From IMG/VR virus record IMGVR_UViG_3300025158_000018: a DNA stretch of 64,000 nucleotides; one strand, 5' to 3'. The stretch comes from a virus. Below are positions 18,178 to 28,644 of this stretch, one piece after another. Position 1 is the first letter of the stretch. Each line of letters opens with the position of its first letter. The translations under genes were made by a program, and so were the position numbers. The notes under the pieces are model-generated. The model was not told where the DNA came from. It made no database searches and saw only the letters and a program-made list of their open reading frames with translations.

Positions 18178-19278
18178 TTATCGTCCAGTAACGTGGGTCC
18201 AGATCAAACCATCGCGAATCTTGCGAATGGTCGATTCGTTGACGTTGTAGAGACGACCGATGGAAGCGATAGACATTTCACCATCGAGCAGCAGACGGTC
18301 AATATCGCGAACCTGATGCTTCGTCAGCTTCCCGGTGACTGCGGGGCGACTTGGGGTATTACTAGTGACAATAACGTCCTCAGCTTCTTCCTCAGCTTCT
18401 TCCCCGGTTTCTTCCCCAATGCCGCTCCAATCTTCTTCGAATTCTTCGAATGAATCATCTACGGAGTCATCATCACACCCATCCTCAAAATCTTCATCAA
18501 GTGCGCCGTAACTGTCGATGACGTAGCCAGACATCCGAAGATCGGTCATTACTTCATCGTAAGGAATTTCATCCACGACCTCATAGCGGCAAACACGCAT
18601 TTTGGCGTTATTGTAATCCATCGGAACCGCAACCACGTCACGAGGATGAACCTTAGCAACCATGATTCTGGTATCGGAACTTTTACCGAAGAATCCACCA
18701 TATTGCGGGAGATACCTCTTAGAACAAACGTGCAAACCAGAAGAACAAGTCTGATTAGAATCAGGATTGACCCTGTTGCGGTCCATGGTCGGAATCTGAC
18801 CCACGTGGTTGTCGAACTGACCACTGTAAATGTCCATATAGTCTTGACGAACGATCTTGTAAGCGAGGAAATGACCATCGGGGGTGATGGGAAGATCACA
18901 CGCTTCGATGAAGCGATACAATTCATTCACCGCACGATAGTCCGGGTTTTCCATCAAATTGTCAAGGAATCGAAGAAGGTTCTTGATTGGCAGACGTTCT
19001 TCGAACAACGCACACAAACGATCAATGATCGCATTATGCAGCGGCTCACCCTTGAAAGTCAGGGTCCGAGTCATCGGATCAAATTTGATGCGACCTTCCG
19101 AGACATTCGCTACAGTCTGCTTGAAGTTGATCAGTTGCCGGATAGCCTGTTCATCATCATTGCGGATCGCTTCAAGAACATCCTCAATACGATGGTCTGT
19201 CAGCGGAAACGTGATCGGACGACCGTCGATAAACACGGTAAGGTTCTGTCCGGTCTTGATAAAGTTGATACCACTCAT
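18178..19278 (-). CDS. rIIB: rIIB-like protein with C-terminal acidic tract and HTH
   Basis: SGLHVCSKRYL..VHPRDVVAVPMDYNNAKMRVCRYEVVDEI matches T4 rIIB C-terminal block as recalled; adjacent to rIIA. Confidence 0.8.
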   Translation of the reverse strand: MSGINFIKTGQNLTVFIDGRPITFPLTDHRIEDVLEAIRNDDEQAIRQLINFKQTVANVSEGRIKFDPMTRTLTFKGEPLHNAIIDRLCALFEERLPIKNLLRFLDNLMENPDYRAVNELYRFIEACDLPITPDGHFLAYKIVRQDYMDIYSGQFDNHVGQIPTMDRNRVNPDSNQTCSSGLHVCSKRYLPQYGGFFGKSSDTRIMVAKVHPRDVVAVPMDYNNAKMRVCRYEVVDEIPYDEVMTDLRMSGYVIDSYGALDEDFEDGCDDDSVDDSFEEFEEDWSGIGEETGEEAEEEAEDVIVTSNTPSRPAVTGKLTKHQVRDIDRLLLDGEMSIASIGRLYNVNESTIRKIRDGLIWTHVTGR

Positions 19279-19359
19279 TTCACTTCTCCTATGTAGTTGT
19301 GGAAATTACATTCTATCAGGTATCAGGGACTTGGTCAAGCCCCTTCACCACTTTTCATC

Positions 19360-21660
19360 TTACTTTTCTACCAATTCCAGAATTTTAGGTTTGAAATCAA
19401 TAGAAAAAGTCTCATCTACCATCGGATAACCCTTGCTGATGAAAATTGCCTCGACAATGTAGTTGTTTCTATTAAAATATTCCATCATAATAGTCTGCAA
19501 CGAAACTTCATTTTCGATTTTTTCCAACATTTTGGAAGGAACATAATCAATTCCAGTCATCTTATTCGCGACTTCGAAGAGTTCGTCCATGTTCTGGTAT
19601 TTTGTAGCTGAACCAACAATAGCCTCGACAATTTCCAAATCCCCATGTCTCCGCATAGGATTCATCATCGGTAATGAGTCCTGAGCTTTACGGAACGCTT
19701 CATCATCAAACCCGTAATCCTCGACCGTGCCTTTCAACCACTTTCGATCTACCATACTTCGAACCGATGCGTTGAATGAACAAACGAAGTCGATACAAAC
19801 ATTCAAGGCTTGCGCGCCCTGAATTTCTGTCAGCCGGTCACGCAGAATCCGGTGATGATCGTCGGTCAATTCCTCAATTTCACACAGGTTTTCGTTATCG
19901 TATTTCACACTTTTCGGGATCGCAATGATCTTATAGCCAGCATCCCCAAGCATAGCGGCAAGGGAAAGTTTGTTATAGACATCATCGCAATCATATACTA
20001 ATGAATTGTTATGAGTACGAAGCACTACAGTAGGTTCAGTAATGTCATTCAGATTCGCATCGAATACCGACTGGACATTGTGAGCATACAAAGAACGTTT
20101 GTGGCTAAATTGAGAAACGTAATTGGTGTCCAACCACTTTCCCAAATCAAACCACGCACGAACCTTACCACCTGTAATGCTGGTTCTGGAACGAGAAACG
20201 TTTTTGTCCAAACTGCTAACCCGCACAACCTCGAAAAACTTTTCAAAATATGCTACCAGATCATCAACAGATTGTCCGTCAGCCGGTTCAATGAAGTACA
20301 ACACGAGAGAATCATTATCATGATTATGCATACGAGACTTGTATGCAAACGCCTCATCCTTGATATAAACCCGATCTGCCCTAAACAATTCAATGCCTCC
20401 ATATCTGACAGTCTTGTTATTCTTATAGTCGTACTCGGACCAAACCAGCGGAGTTCTAACAACACTGCCCCGTTCGTCGCCGAAATCAATCTTGCCAAGG
20501 GTACAAGAGGAAACAATATTGGTATCCCACACAACCTTCAAATTACCACTCGGGTCAACGAAGAACGGCTCGTAGTTCTTTTTAAAATCAGTAATATTAG
20601 TCAACGTCCCACGCAAAAACTGTGGCATTTGATTTACAGTATCAAAGAAAGTCTTACACCCCGTAGCATAAGCACTATCTAGACGCTGAACCATTTCATC
20701 GGCAACCTTCTGTTCGGCAGAGCCAATAGCATCAAGAATGTTCTGACAGGTTTCGTCAGTATAGTGCAAACCTTCACGGCTAGGCTGAACTTCAACTGTG
20801 CCAATCGGCATGTCCAACATGGCGCTATGGCGCTCGGGGTGGTAGTACCCTCGTTCAACAGACATTTCTAACAAATGCTTAGTCATTGGAGACAAGGAAA
20901 TACCCTTGTTCTGAGCGTATTCAGTAATCATGCCTTTGTCGATGCGATATCCGACCGGACCGATCTGAACAAAAAAGCCCCGCATGACAGCATTCTGACT
21001 CTTGAAAAACTGGACAGAACCAAAATCCATCGCGACTTCCCAATCAGCCCAATCCCATTGCCTATTCGATACAGGCTTCACTGGGAAAAACCGCAGTTCA
21101 CGAATGACAGCATTGTGGAAAGAGCTGATATCCTTGCCCTGAACCGGGATGGAAACTTCCAGACCTGATTCCTCGTCCGTTTCCATTTCGGCCATCAACT
21201 TGAGATTCGGCATCCCTTCATCCTTGAAGGCAGTGTAGATGCGCTTCACGCCCTTGTGGATCGAAGTGACGGCGAAGGTATCAGTATACGCAAACGGGGT
21301 CTTAGAACCCAACCCAAAAGCCCCCACGGTGTTATTGTCTTGATCCTTGGTCGATTCAAAGAACCGGCAGTACACGCCGCTAATGTCGTCGGGAGAAATA
21401 CCGGGGCCAAAATCACGGATGACCAATTCAGAATCAATACGGTCGGGAAAAGTAAGTACGAAAGGACGCTCAGGCGTACCGACCATCAAATGAGCATCGT
21501 AAGCATTGGAGCAAATTTCACGAATAATAGCCCCAAACTTGTCCTTATAGAGGGTAGACGAAAGAGTATGAAAAGCCTTGGCATTCATTGCCATCGAAAA
21601 TTGCTGCGATCCCGCAACAGCAGAGCCAGTAGCCTTCGAACCGGCGACATTCAATTTCAT
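19360..21660 (-). CDS. rIIA: rIIA-like protein with N-terminal GHKL (HATPase_c) ATPase domain
   Basis: N-box EICSNAYDAH, G1 RDFGPGIS, G2 GAFGLGSKT; size and adjacency to rIIB. Confidence 0.8.
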   Translation of the reverse strand: MKLNVAGSKATGSAVAGSQQFSMAMNAKAFHTLSSTLYKDKFGAIIREICSNAYDAHLMVGTPERPFVLTFPDRIDSELVIRDFGPGISPDDISGVYCRFFESTKDQDNNTVGAFGLGSKTPFAYTDTFAVTSIHKGVKRIYTAFKDEGMPNLKLMAEMETDEESGLEVSIPVQGKDISSFHNAVIRELRFFPVKPVSNRQWDWADWEVAMDFGSVQFFKSQNAVMRGFFVQIGPVGYRIDKGMITEYAQNKGISLSPMTKHLLEMSVERGYYHPERHSAMLDMPIGTVEVQPSREGLHYTDETCQNILDAIGSAEQKVADEMVQRLDSAYATGCKTFFDTVNQMPQFLRGTLTNITDFKKNYEPFFVDPSGNLKVVWDTNIVSSCTLGKIDFGDERGSVVRTPLVWSEYDYKNNKTVRYGGIELFRADRVYIKDEAFAYKSRMHNHDNDSLVLYFIEPADGQSVDDLVAYFEKFFEVVRVSSLDKNVSRSRTSITGGKVRAWFDLGKWLDTNYVSQFSHKRSLYAHNVQSVFDANLNDITEPTVVLRTHNNSLVYDCDDVYNKLSLAAMLGDAGYKIIAIPKSVKYDNENLCEIEELTDDHHRILRDRLTEIQGAQALNVCIDFVCSFNASVRSMVDRKWLKGTVEDYGFDDEAFRKAQDSLPMMNPMRRHGDLEIVEAIVGSATKYQNMDELFEVANKMTGIDYVPSKMLEKIENEVSLQTIMMEYFNRNNYIVEAIFISKGYPMVDETFSIDFKPKILELVEK

Positions 21661-21863
21661 GTATGTATTCTCCTGTGTGTGAGTGATTTGACAAGAGACA
21701 TGTTAGCGCAGAAACACCCGCATGTCAAGCAGAATGTAAAACTAATTCAAACAAAATGCAGGATGGTCAAAGACGAACCACCTCTTGACAAGAGAGGGTG
21801 AGTGTGTTAAATGGGAGAAAAAAGGGGGCTATTGTAAGAACACACCCCAAAAGTTTTACCAAA

Positions 21864-22385
21864 CTACTGTCGCTTGCTCTCCTCATTCATACAAATATCC
21901 ATCACCCTCTCCATCCCTTCAAGGTAGGACATAGAATGGTCTTCTTCGTCCATAACCTGAAGGAATTCAGAAAGGAATTGATAAATGATCCGGGGCCTGT
22001 TCTCGCTCATATCAATGTACTTGGACAAAAGCTTCATGTCCTCGGTTTCTTCTGTTTCCAATCCACGAATGTTATCCGCGTCCTGATGCTTGTCCCACCA
22101 GTTCGCTAGTCTGCGAGCTACAGGATTTCGACCATTGTAAATGACCCGATCCTTCATGGATTCATTCATGTGATTGCACAATGAACACAAGAATGCCGTC
22201 ATCTCGTCGAGGAGTTCCGTCTCACCGTACTGTTTATCAGCAACAGCAGTGTACTTAGAAATCTTTACAGGATCATACCATCCTTCTAACTCTTTGGTAT
22301 CGACCACATACTTGATCAGAGTAGCAACCTCTTTACTGTTTTCCTCAGCTTCAATGGGGTCCATATAACTTGCATCACATGGCAT
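21864..22385 (-). CDS. hypothetical protein
   Basis: ORF. Confidence 0.45.
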   Translation of the reverse strand: MPCDASYMDPIEAEENSKEVATLIKYVVDTKELEGWYDPVKISKYTAVADKQYGETELLDEMTAFLCSLCNHMNESMKDRVIYNGRNPVARRLANWWDKHQDADNIRGLETEETEDMKLLSKYIDMSENRPRIIYQFLSEFLQVMDEEDHSMSYLEGMERVMDICMNEESKRQ

Positions 22386-22386
22386 A

Positions 22387-22755
22387 TCAATTCTCCTTTA
22401 AATTAGAATCATACCATAGACAATGTGTTTTTGTCAAACGCTTCCGGTCCCTGTGTCGTCGAACCGCATCGTTGTGCATGTCCAGAATTCTCTGCGCCCT
22501 AGAACCGTAGGGAAGAAAAGGCTTCTCCCCACGGTTTACCCTAACACGCTGACGAAAGAACTCTGAGGCCAGCAGATTGAACAAAGCCCAATCACCCGAG
22601 TCAACGAACGCGAAGAACTCGATGCCATACCGCTCACCCCTCGATCCTTCAACCCAGATAATTCTAGTGAATCTTAGGGGCGGATGCATCGTCATCTTGT
22701 TCACTCTCGTGTTGTTCATCTTCCCAATCAGCTTGGCATTCCTGAATATATTCAT
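22387..22755 (-). CDS. hypothetical protein
   Basis: ORF. Confidence 0.4.
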   Translation of the reverse strand: MNIFRNAKLIGKMNNTRVNKMTMHPPLRFTRIIWVEGSRGERYGIEFFAFVDSGDWALFNLLASEFFRQRVRVNRGEKPFLPYGSRAQRILDMHNDAVRRHRDRKRLTKTHCLWYDSNLKEN

Positions 22756-23359
22756 TCAAATAGGGAAAAGCGTCGAAGATTTTGGCCGGAATAATACCCT
22801 CATAAAACTTGATTGGACCCAATTCATCGTAAAGATCAAAATCATCCGGTGAACCTTCTTCACATTCACCATTATCATAAAAACCCCAAGATTGAATACC
22901 TTCCTCAAACCAGACTGCTTCTACTTCAAAACCCATCTCGTGGAGTTTTTCAAAAATCGGAATGGGTGCAGACCAAGCTGTGTCAAAGCTAAGAATCAAT
23001 TCACCATCAGAAAGAGTCACTTCTCCCACACTGTAAGCATCCCACTTGGTACCCCACCGGGAACAATTAAATTCATACCACGTAGGATAACCATGTTTCT
23101 CAATATTTGCAAGTTCGCGTTCTTCTTGAACTTTTTGCTTGTCCGGATCTCCATACCATACCCGCTGTATCATAAGATCATCGGGGCATGGAATAAGATA
23201 ATGGAATAGACTGGTTTCTCGCCCTTCGTCTTCCATGATATCAGCCATGGTTTTAAGAACCTCTTGATCACTTCCACGGATGATCAGACGGTTGGTTACA
23301 TGATTTGGCATACATTTCTCCTTTGTTGAAATTGTATCAGTCGTTCGGGACAATGTCAA
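22664..23359 (-). CDS. hypothetical protein (possible DUF1281-like, WGTKWDAY motif)
   Basis: ORF; motif recollection only. Confidence 0.45.
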   Translation of the reverse strand: MTLSRTTDTISTKEKCMPNHVTNRLIIRGSDQEVLKTMADIMEDEGRETSLFHYLIPCPDDLMIQRVWYGDPDKQKVQEERELANIEKHGYPTWYEFNCSRWGTKWDAYSVGEVTLSDGELILSFDTAWSAPIPIFEKLHEMGFEVEAVWFEEGIQSWGFYDNGECEEGSPDDFDLYDELGPIKFYEGIIPAKIFDAFPYLNEYIQECQADWEDEQHESEQDDDASAPKIH

Positions 23360-23573
23360 GGCAACGAGAAGCCCTGTCTGCGAACTCTTCCAGAATTCGA
23401 GCTACAATATCTTCTGAAGGACGAAAGAATTCAGAAGCCTCTAACAGGACCTGAGACCGAATCGCTCTAACTTCATCTTCATCTATTTCGGTTGTTTTCT
23501 CAACCATTGTGTTTCTCCTTGAGTGAAGACCCCCATGAGACAATCTCAGGGGACCATATGTTTATTGCAACGC

Positions 23574-24134
23574 TTACCAGCTTGCGCGGTATACGTAGTA
23601 CCACCCGGAATATTCTTTCTCGTGAGCTTTGGCTTCTGCCTCATCCCACTCGATCAGTCTACTCAACTCTTCATGCATTCGAACTACAGTTCGATAGTAC
23701 CATAGCTCAAATTCAGTACTACCGAAAAAGTACGCATTTGAAGGTGGAAGCTTTTCCCCAATAGCATTAATCAGATTCTCAGAAAGTTCTGGGATATACT
23801 TTTCATCATCCCCGTATCCCTCCGGAAACATCGACGCCACCTCACCACAAAAATCTCGAAGCTTTTTAAGATCATCGATACTTACCTCGATATCTTGGCA
23901 TTCATCTGTACCATATGCACAATTGTCAATAAACCAATTGTGGATTTGAATAGAATTACGCCAATACATTACATTGAATAGTACCTCAACCGATTTGACG
24001 GACGGCATAGACGCATGACACAGATGCCCTTGAACACTTTCTACTAGTGCCCTGTAAAGCGCGTTGTGTTCTTCAGTATTATGGTCTAAACCACTTACAT
24101 ATTTTCGGGCTTCCAAATACATATCAAGACCCAT
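23574..24134 (-). CDS. hypothetical protein
   Basis: ORF. Confidence 0.45.
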   Translation of the reverse strand: MGLDMYLEARKYVSGLDHNTEEHNALYRALVESVQGHLCHASMPSVKSVEVLFNVMYWRNSIQIHNWFIDNCAYGTDECQDIEVSIDDLKKLRDFCGEVASMFPEGYGDDEKYIPELSENLINAIGEKLPPSNAYFFGSTEFELWYYRTVVRMHEELSRLIEWDEAEAKAHEKEYSGWYYVYRASW

Positions 24135-24203
24135 TACTATTCTCCTTCAGTTAAATAATTATGCTTCCAATAAAGACTATGATTACTCATAATCCCACAA
24201 ATA

Positions 24204-24512
24204 TCAAACAGCCTTACAAATGTTTTCCCAGTGTCTAAGAATGTTAGCAAGTTCTTCTACACGATTCGGGCGATTTTCGAATCGTTTCGATTCTTCAATC
24301 AATGCTTCCTGTAAGTTTGTGTAGTCACATGAGAATTTTGCAACAGCTTCCATATTACTGTAATGTGTGGTAAGGACAACAGTAAGAGCCGCAACAGGGC
24401 TTACGCAAACCGCAAATGGAACTATATCAAAGTCGGCAACCAACATGGAACCTATCAAGACCATAACTGCCAAGACCAAAACATAAACAATAACGAAAAT
24501 TCCAACAGTCAT
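24204..24512 (-). CDS. hypothetical membrane protein
   Basis: hydrophobic N-terminal two-thirds. Confidence 0.4.
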   Translation of the reverse strand: MTVGIFVIVYVLVLAVMVLIGSMLVADFDIVPFAVCVSPVAALTVVLTTHYSNMEAVAKFSCDYTNLQEALIEESKRFENRPNRVEELANILRHWENICKAV

Positions 24513-24574
24513 TCAATTTCTCTTATGTATGAATGATTAATGATCCACCATGATAACACAGTGGATCATCTAAG

Positions 24575-25321
24575 TCAAACAACGTCTGGCCAACCTCGCT
24601 CAAAATCATTCCAAAAAATCTCCATAAGCATAACCGCAGCACCCTTACGACCAGAATCCGCCAATTGATAGTCTTCACTCCAAAGTTGTTCAAATTGTGA
24701 AAGAACATCATCACTCATACGTCGCTTGTAAAAATTCAACAATGCACCCAGCGCAGACTCGAAATTTTGCCGGAACTCAGACAAATCGTCAGAATGATAG
24801 ATGTTATTAAAAAGTTCCTTGTGTCGAGTATTTGACCGATAATTGTCCAATACTGAACCAGCCATTTCTTGAAATGACTCACACGACTCCAACTCACCAT
24901 GAGAGGCCAATAGTCTTACTATCGGGTCAGACTCTAAATTCAAGTTAATGCTGATTGCACCACCATTAACAAAAGTCAAAAAATATCGAAACATCGAAGA
25001 ATTTTTACTTTGAAGATCGAATTCGTATGCAATTGCACTAAAATGATTTAACATCACCGATAACCCAATCGTGCTATCAGTAAAAGGTGCGCTTACATCA
25101 ATCACCGAATGGGTCTTACAATATTTAAACAAATTTTTCCACGCTACTGAAACTTCCTTAACGATAGGCAATTCCTCAACCCGCCCAACCATAACATAAA
25201 AATCAATATCCCCCAAAACTATCCCCAACAGCGGCAACATTGTTACCACCATAAAGTTGTCTGAACAAAATTTCTCCATTGCCATCCCTGATTTCCAAAG
25301 TCTTACCACCAGATAGGTCAA
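24575..25321 (-). CDS. hypothetical protein
   Basis: ORF; last gene of the leftward block. Confidence 0.45.
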   Translation of the reverse strand: MTYLVVRLWKSGMAMEKFCSDNFMVVTMLPLLGIVLGDIDFYVMVGRVEELPIVKEVSVAWKNLFKYCKTHSVIDVSAPFTDSTIGLSVMLNHFSAIAYEFDLQSKNSSMFRYFLTFVNGGAISINLNLESDPIVRLLASHGELESCESFQEMAGSVLDNYRSNTRHKELFNNIYHSDDLSEFRQNFESALGALLNFYKRRMSDDVLSQFEQLWSEDYQLADSGRKGAAVMLMEIFWNDFERGWPDVV

Positions 25322-25403
25322 TGTCGTGCTTCATCAACACGTTTCCCTCTCCATCACGAACTTCGAAAATACTATCCTTGTGACGATCCATACGATTTTT
25401 CAT

Positions 25404-26445
25404 TTCTGTTATCCTCGGTTCTTCTCAACTAATTTCGAGCCGCTGTGTGAATGAATGAGCCACCATACTATCACAGGGTCTCAACCATGTCAACTTCCCG
25501 TAGACGATGAGCGAAACCACCACCCACAAGAAAATAGTATTACAGACATATCAAAAATGTAAAGCATACTTTACATTCTCCCTATAAAGAAAACAATGAG
25601 ACACACTTTCACCCATTTAGCATAACTCTAACCCATTGTCAAGAAAAATTGTATCATCCCATTTCACCCATTTACCACATTTTTTAATAGTTGTCAACCC
25701 TTGCAAATCATCAATATTCATGCTATGATAGTGGTATGAAACTGTATCCAAAAAAGGAAATAAGAATGATTCTCGATTCTACTTGACAACCATTCGCATT
25801 CTCATGTAGCATGAGAACACAATTGATAATCATTCCCATTCGCAAAAGTGAATGAGAATCGTTCGCATTTACACAGATGAGAATGAGAATCATTCGTATT
25901 ACCATTCTCATCAGCATTCAAAGCCCACTTTTCAAGGCTAAAAAATGCTTGACAAGGATCATAACATTTGATAAAATCATTAAGCCTATAGGCAAAATTA
26001 TAATACTTTAGGAAACTCTAATGTAACATTCCCATAAAAATCAAAGACTTACATGAGATAGGGGTCTGGAAAATTTTTCGAAATGTATGCAGAGTTCGGT
26101 CCATGCAATTAGTGTTTAAACATTGATCACTTTACACCATTGAAAAAGTTGTTATTTTTCATATGTTTATGTAGTGTTCTTAGAAGTGCTGGAAATACTG
26201 TGTTCTAAGTATTTTCATATGTTCTACGGGCAGAATGTAAAGTATACTTTACAAAGTAGTATAATAGCTGTTCACCAAATGTGGTAGAAAGTGGAATATT
26301 GTGGTATTATGTGGTAAAAAATGGAAAACCCCTAACGCACGCGTTAGCCCTTAATGGTATCGTGTTGTATAAAAGACACTTAACGGTTTAGTTAATAGTT
26401 CACTTAACTGAATATTACGAGGTTCACTTAACAGGAGTTTAGTTT
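25404..26445. promoter_or_regulatory. 1-kb AT-rich non-coding hub between divergent gene blocks: palindromes, iterons, sigma70-like promoters; candidate early-promoter cluster and/or replication origin
   Basis: TGTAAAG-N4-CTTTACA palindromes at ~25559 and ~26237; TGTGGTA x3 at 10-bp spacing 26280-26316 with inverted copy at ~25665; GAGAATCATTCG-type repeats 25765-25900; TCACTTAAC x3 26378-26432; TTGACA-17-TAAAAT at 25948-25976. Confidence 0.5.
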
Positions 26446-26805
26446 TTGACTAATAAGGTTTTACTTCCATTGATTCGAAGGACTTCATCGGATGATGATT
26501 TGAATAATCCATTTATTATATCGATTTCGTTTGATCATTTCATGGATTGTTTGGATGCTATTATATCGCGTGGGACTGAATGTATGTTTTGTATTCAGCA
26601 TTCATTACGAAGTATGGAATACAGTGAGAAGGATGAATGGTTAATTCTTCGAATGGACTTTGAAGATATGGCGTCGGAAGTTGATAAGACGTTTCGTGTG
26701 ATTTGTAGGGAACATGAAGACGGGATGTTGCGTAAGGTTGATCGGTGTTCACTGACGAATTATGTGAGCCGACAAGATTTTGTGAAGATGTATTTCGTAG
26801 TATGA
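26446..26805 (+). CDS. small DCL-motif paralog family protein (member F)
   Basis: FDHFMDCLDAIISRG aligns with VVDCLDAIFS of 30007..30525. Confidence 0.5.
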   Translation: MTNKVLLPLIRRTSSDDDLNNPFIISISFDHFMDCLDAIISRGTECMFCIQHSLRSMEYSEKDEWLILRMDFEDMASEVDKTFRVICREHEDGMLRKVDRCSLTNYVSRQDFVKMYFVV

Positions 26806-27077
26806 TTGATATTGGTAATTTTATGAAAGAGATGGAACAGGTTGTCTGTATACGAGAACGGGAACGGGAACGTATTATTTCTGATTTAGAAGATTGTATA
26901 GATTGTGTACACAGTCACGGGACGTTTGATAGTCTCGGGAACTTTTTACGTAGTACTAGGTTTTCATTTTTGCTAAGCGATTCTGTTGTTGTTTTTGAGA
27001 AATATTCTATATCTCCTCTTACTTACACTTTGAGCGGTCAGCGTATAGGGGGGGATTTACAAATTTATTTTAGATGA
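26745..27077 (+). CDS. hypothetical protein
   Basis: ORF overlapping previous by 61 nt in another frame. Confidence 0.35.
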   Translation: MFTDELCEPTRFCEDVFRSMIDIGNFMKEMEQVVCIRERERERIISDLEDCIDCVHSHGTFDSLGNFLRSTRFSFLLSDSVVVFEKYSISPLTYTLSGQRIGGDLQIYFR

Positions 27078-27232
27078 CACGACTGGGTCATTTTCTTTTT
27101 CTATAATTAGGCCCAATGGTGCCATTCATGGTAATACTGAAATAATTGAGAATTTGTTTTTTTGAATGATATAAAAAATCAACTGAGTTTATTGGTATTG
27201 GAGTTAAAGAAAAGGTATCCGGGGTATTGGTG

Positions 27233-27742
27233 ATGAAACATGAAACCCATTGTAACTGGGAAATTCTTGAACCTTCAAAGGTATGGGGGATGTACTATCA
27301 ATGCTCCGAGTGTGATAAAATTTTACGTCTGTTCGATCCTAGCGTTAATCCGGATGGTTTAACAAAATTGTGTATTGTCCGAGAAATAGAAGTTATAAAA
27401 GAGAAAATACTTGACATTTACGATTGCCTGAAGTATGCTGTTCTAATTGAAAGCAACCCTTATTCGATTAGTCAAATAAATGTTGGTGGGGAAGATATAA
27501 AAACAGACGTTTATTTGGGAAAAAATGTTTTAGAAATATACACAGTACTTAATTCAAGAATCACGATACTGCTGTGGAAGTTTGAGTGGGACGAGAATGG
27601 TTTATTTGTTGTGACCGGGGACGCCAAAGAACCGAGACAACAATTAACACAAAAATACATCACTCGTGTTGGGGATAATTTGGAAAATTGTCTAGACGAT
27701 ATTCAAAGAGAGTTGCGGGATAACGTAAAGGGTTATTGGTAA
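27233..27742 (+). CDS. small DCL-motif paralog family protein (member A), ends GYW
   Basis: ILDIYDCLKYAVL; C-terminal ..KGYW; ATG at 27233 (track start 27227 is TTG). Confidence 0.55.
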   Translation: MKHETHCNWEILEPSKVWGMYYQCSECDKILRLFDPSVNPDGLTKLCIVREIEVIKEKILDIYDCLKYAVLIESNPYSISQINVGGEDIKTDVYLGKNVLEIYTVLNSRITILLWKFEWDENGLFVVTGDAKEPRQQLTQKYITRVGDNLENCLDDIQRELRDNVKGYW

Positions 27743-27763
27743 AAAGGAAAATACGGAAAAATT

Positions 27764-28216
27764 ATGAAAAATATTTCGAGTCACATTATGGGTATATCGG
27801 CATGTGTTCTGCTACTGGCAACATACATGGTGGTAGACAACACATTTATTCATATAATCGTAACAATATCTACGATTTATTTGTTATTCAATTCTGTTTT
27901 TGGTTCTATTGGTTTGTGGATCATGTATAAAAGCATCTCAAAATATAATTTGGAATTGTTAGACGATAACAGTTTCAAAGCTAATTTTGATGGTGGTGCA
28001 TCTATTGAAATAAACACAGATTTGGCTAATGATTTTTGGGGTTCAGTCTCATACGGTTTTCTGGTATTATCGACCTCTTGGTGGCTTTTTTCTGCTGGGT
28101 GGACCGTAGAATCATTGTGTATGATCGCGTTCAATATAATTTTTTGGATTATGTTGAAGACAATGTATGAATACTCTAAAAGCATTTTAAAACATCTCAA
28201 GGAGTCAAAAAGATGA
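27764..28216 (+). CDS. hypothetical multi-pass membrane protein
   Basis: four hydrophobic helices. Confidence 0.5.
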   Translation: MKNISSHIMGISACVLLLATYMVVDNTFIHIIVTISTIYLLFNSVFGSIGLWIMYKSISKYNLELLDDNSFKANFDGGASIEINTDLANDFWGSVSYGFLVLSTSWWLFSAGWTVESLCMIAFNIIFWIMLKTMYEYSKSILKHLKESKR

Positions 28217-28620
28217 AAAACAGCCGTGATATTTCTGGAGTTAGAAAAGATTATCTTCTTCGTCTGATTAGATCACTTCGAAGGAACATTGAAGCAGACC
28301 CGGAAGTGATTCAAACAAAAGAAGAGTGTGGTGAAGATGCCATTATAGTTGGATGGATGTCGGATGCGATTGCCCTGTGTAATGTTGTGGAGAGGGAAGT
28401 TATTCTCAACGATAACGTCCCTAGTATTACACAAGAGGATTTTAGGTCACAATTTGCTGATCCATATGAAAAGGAATTGATTGAACTTTTAGGTCACATA
28501 GATACCTTGTTGCGTATAGCATCAGACAAATCTGGTATTGTCACTCCAGAAGAACAAAAATGCATCGAAGAGGCACAAATTTTATTGTGGAGCTATGATT
28601 ATGATGATTATGAAAAATGA
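28213..28620 (+). CDS. hypothetical protein
   Basis: ORF, 4-nt overlap with neighbours. Confidence 0.45.
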   Translation: MKNSRDISGVRKDYLLRLIRSLRRNIEADPEVIQTKEECGEDAIIVGWMSDAIALCNVVEREVILNDNVPSITQEDFRSQFADPYEKELIELLGHIDTLLRIASDKSGIVTPEEQKCIEEAQILLWSYDYDDYEK

Positions 28621-28644
28621 AATCACTGGTCCCGAACGGAGTAT

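Noticed and set aside
19810-21801. Several plus-strand ORFs inside rIIA (20011..20682, 21256..21801 and others)
   Set aside because: They are antisense to a well-supported 766-aa gene, with no RBS or promoter context.
25760-25920. Possible CRISPR array suggested by repeated GAGAATCATTC-type units
   Set aside because: Repeats are short, irregularly spaced, in both orientations and lack uniform spacers. They fit iterons/operators, not CRISPR.
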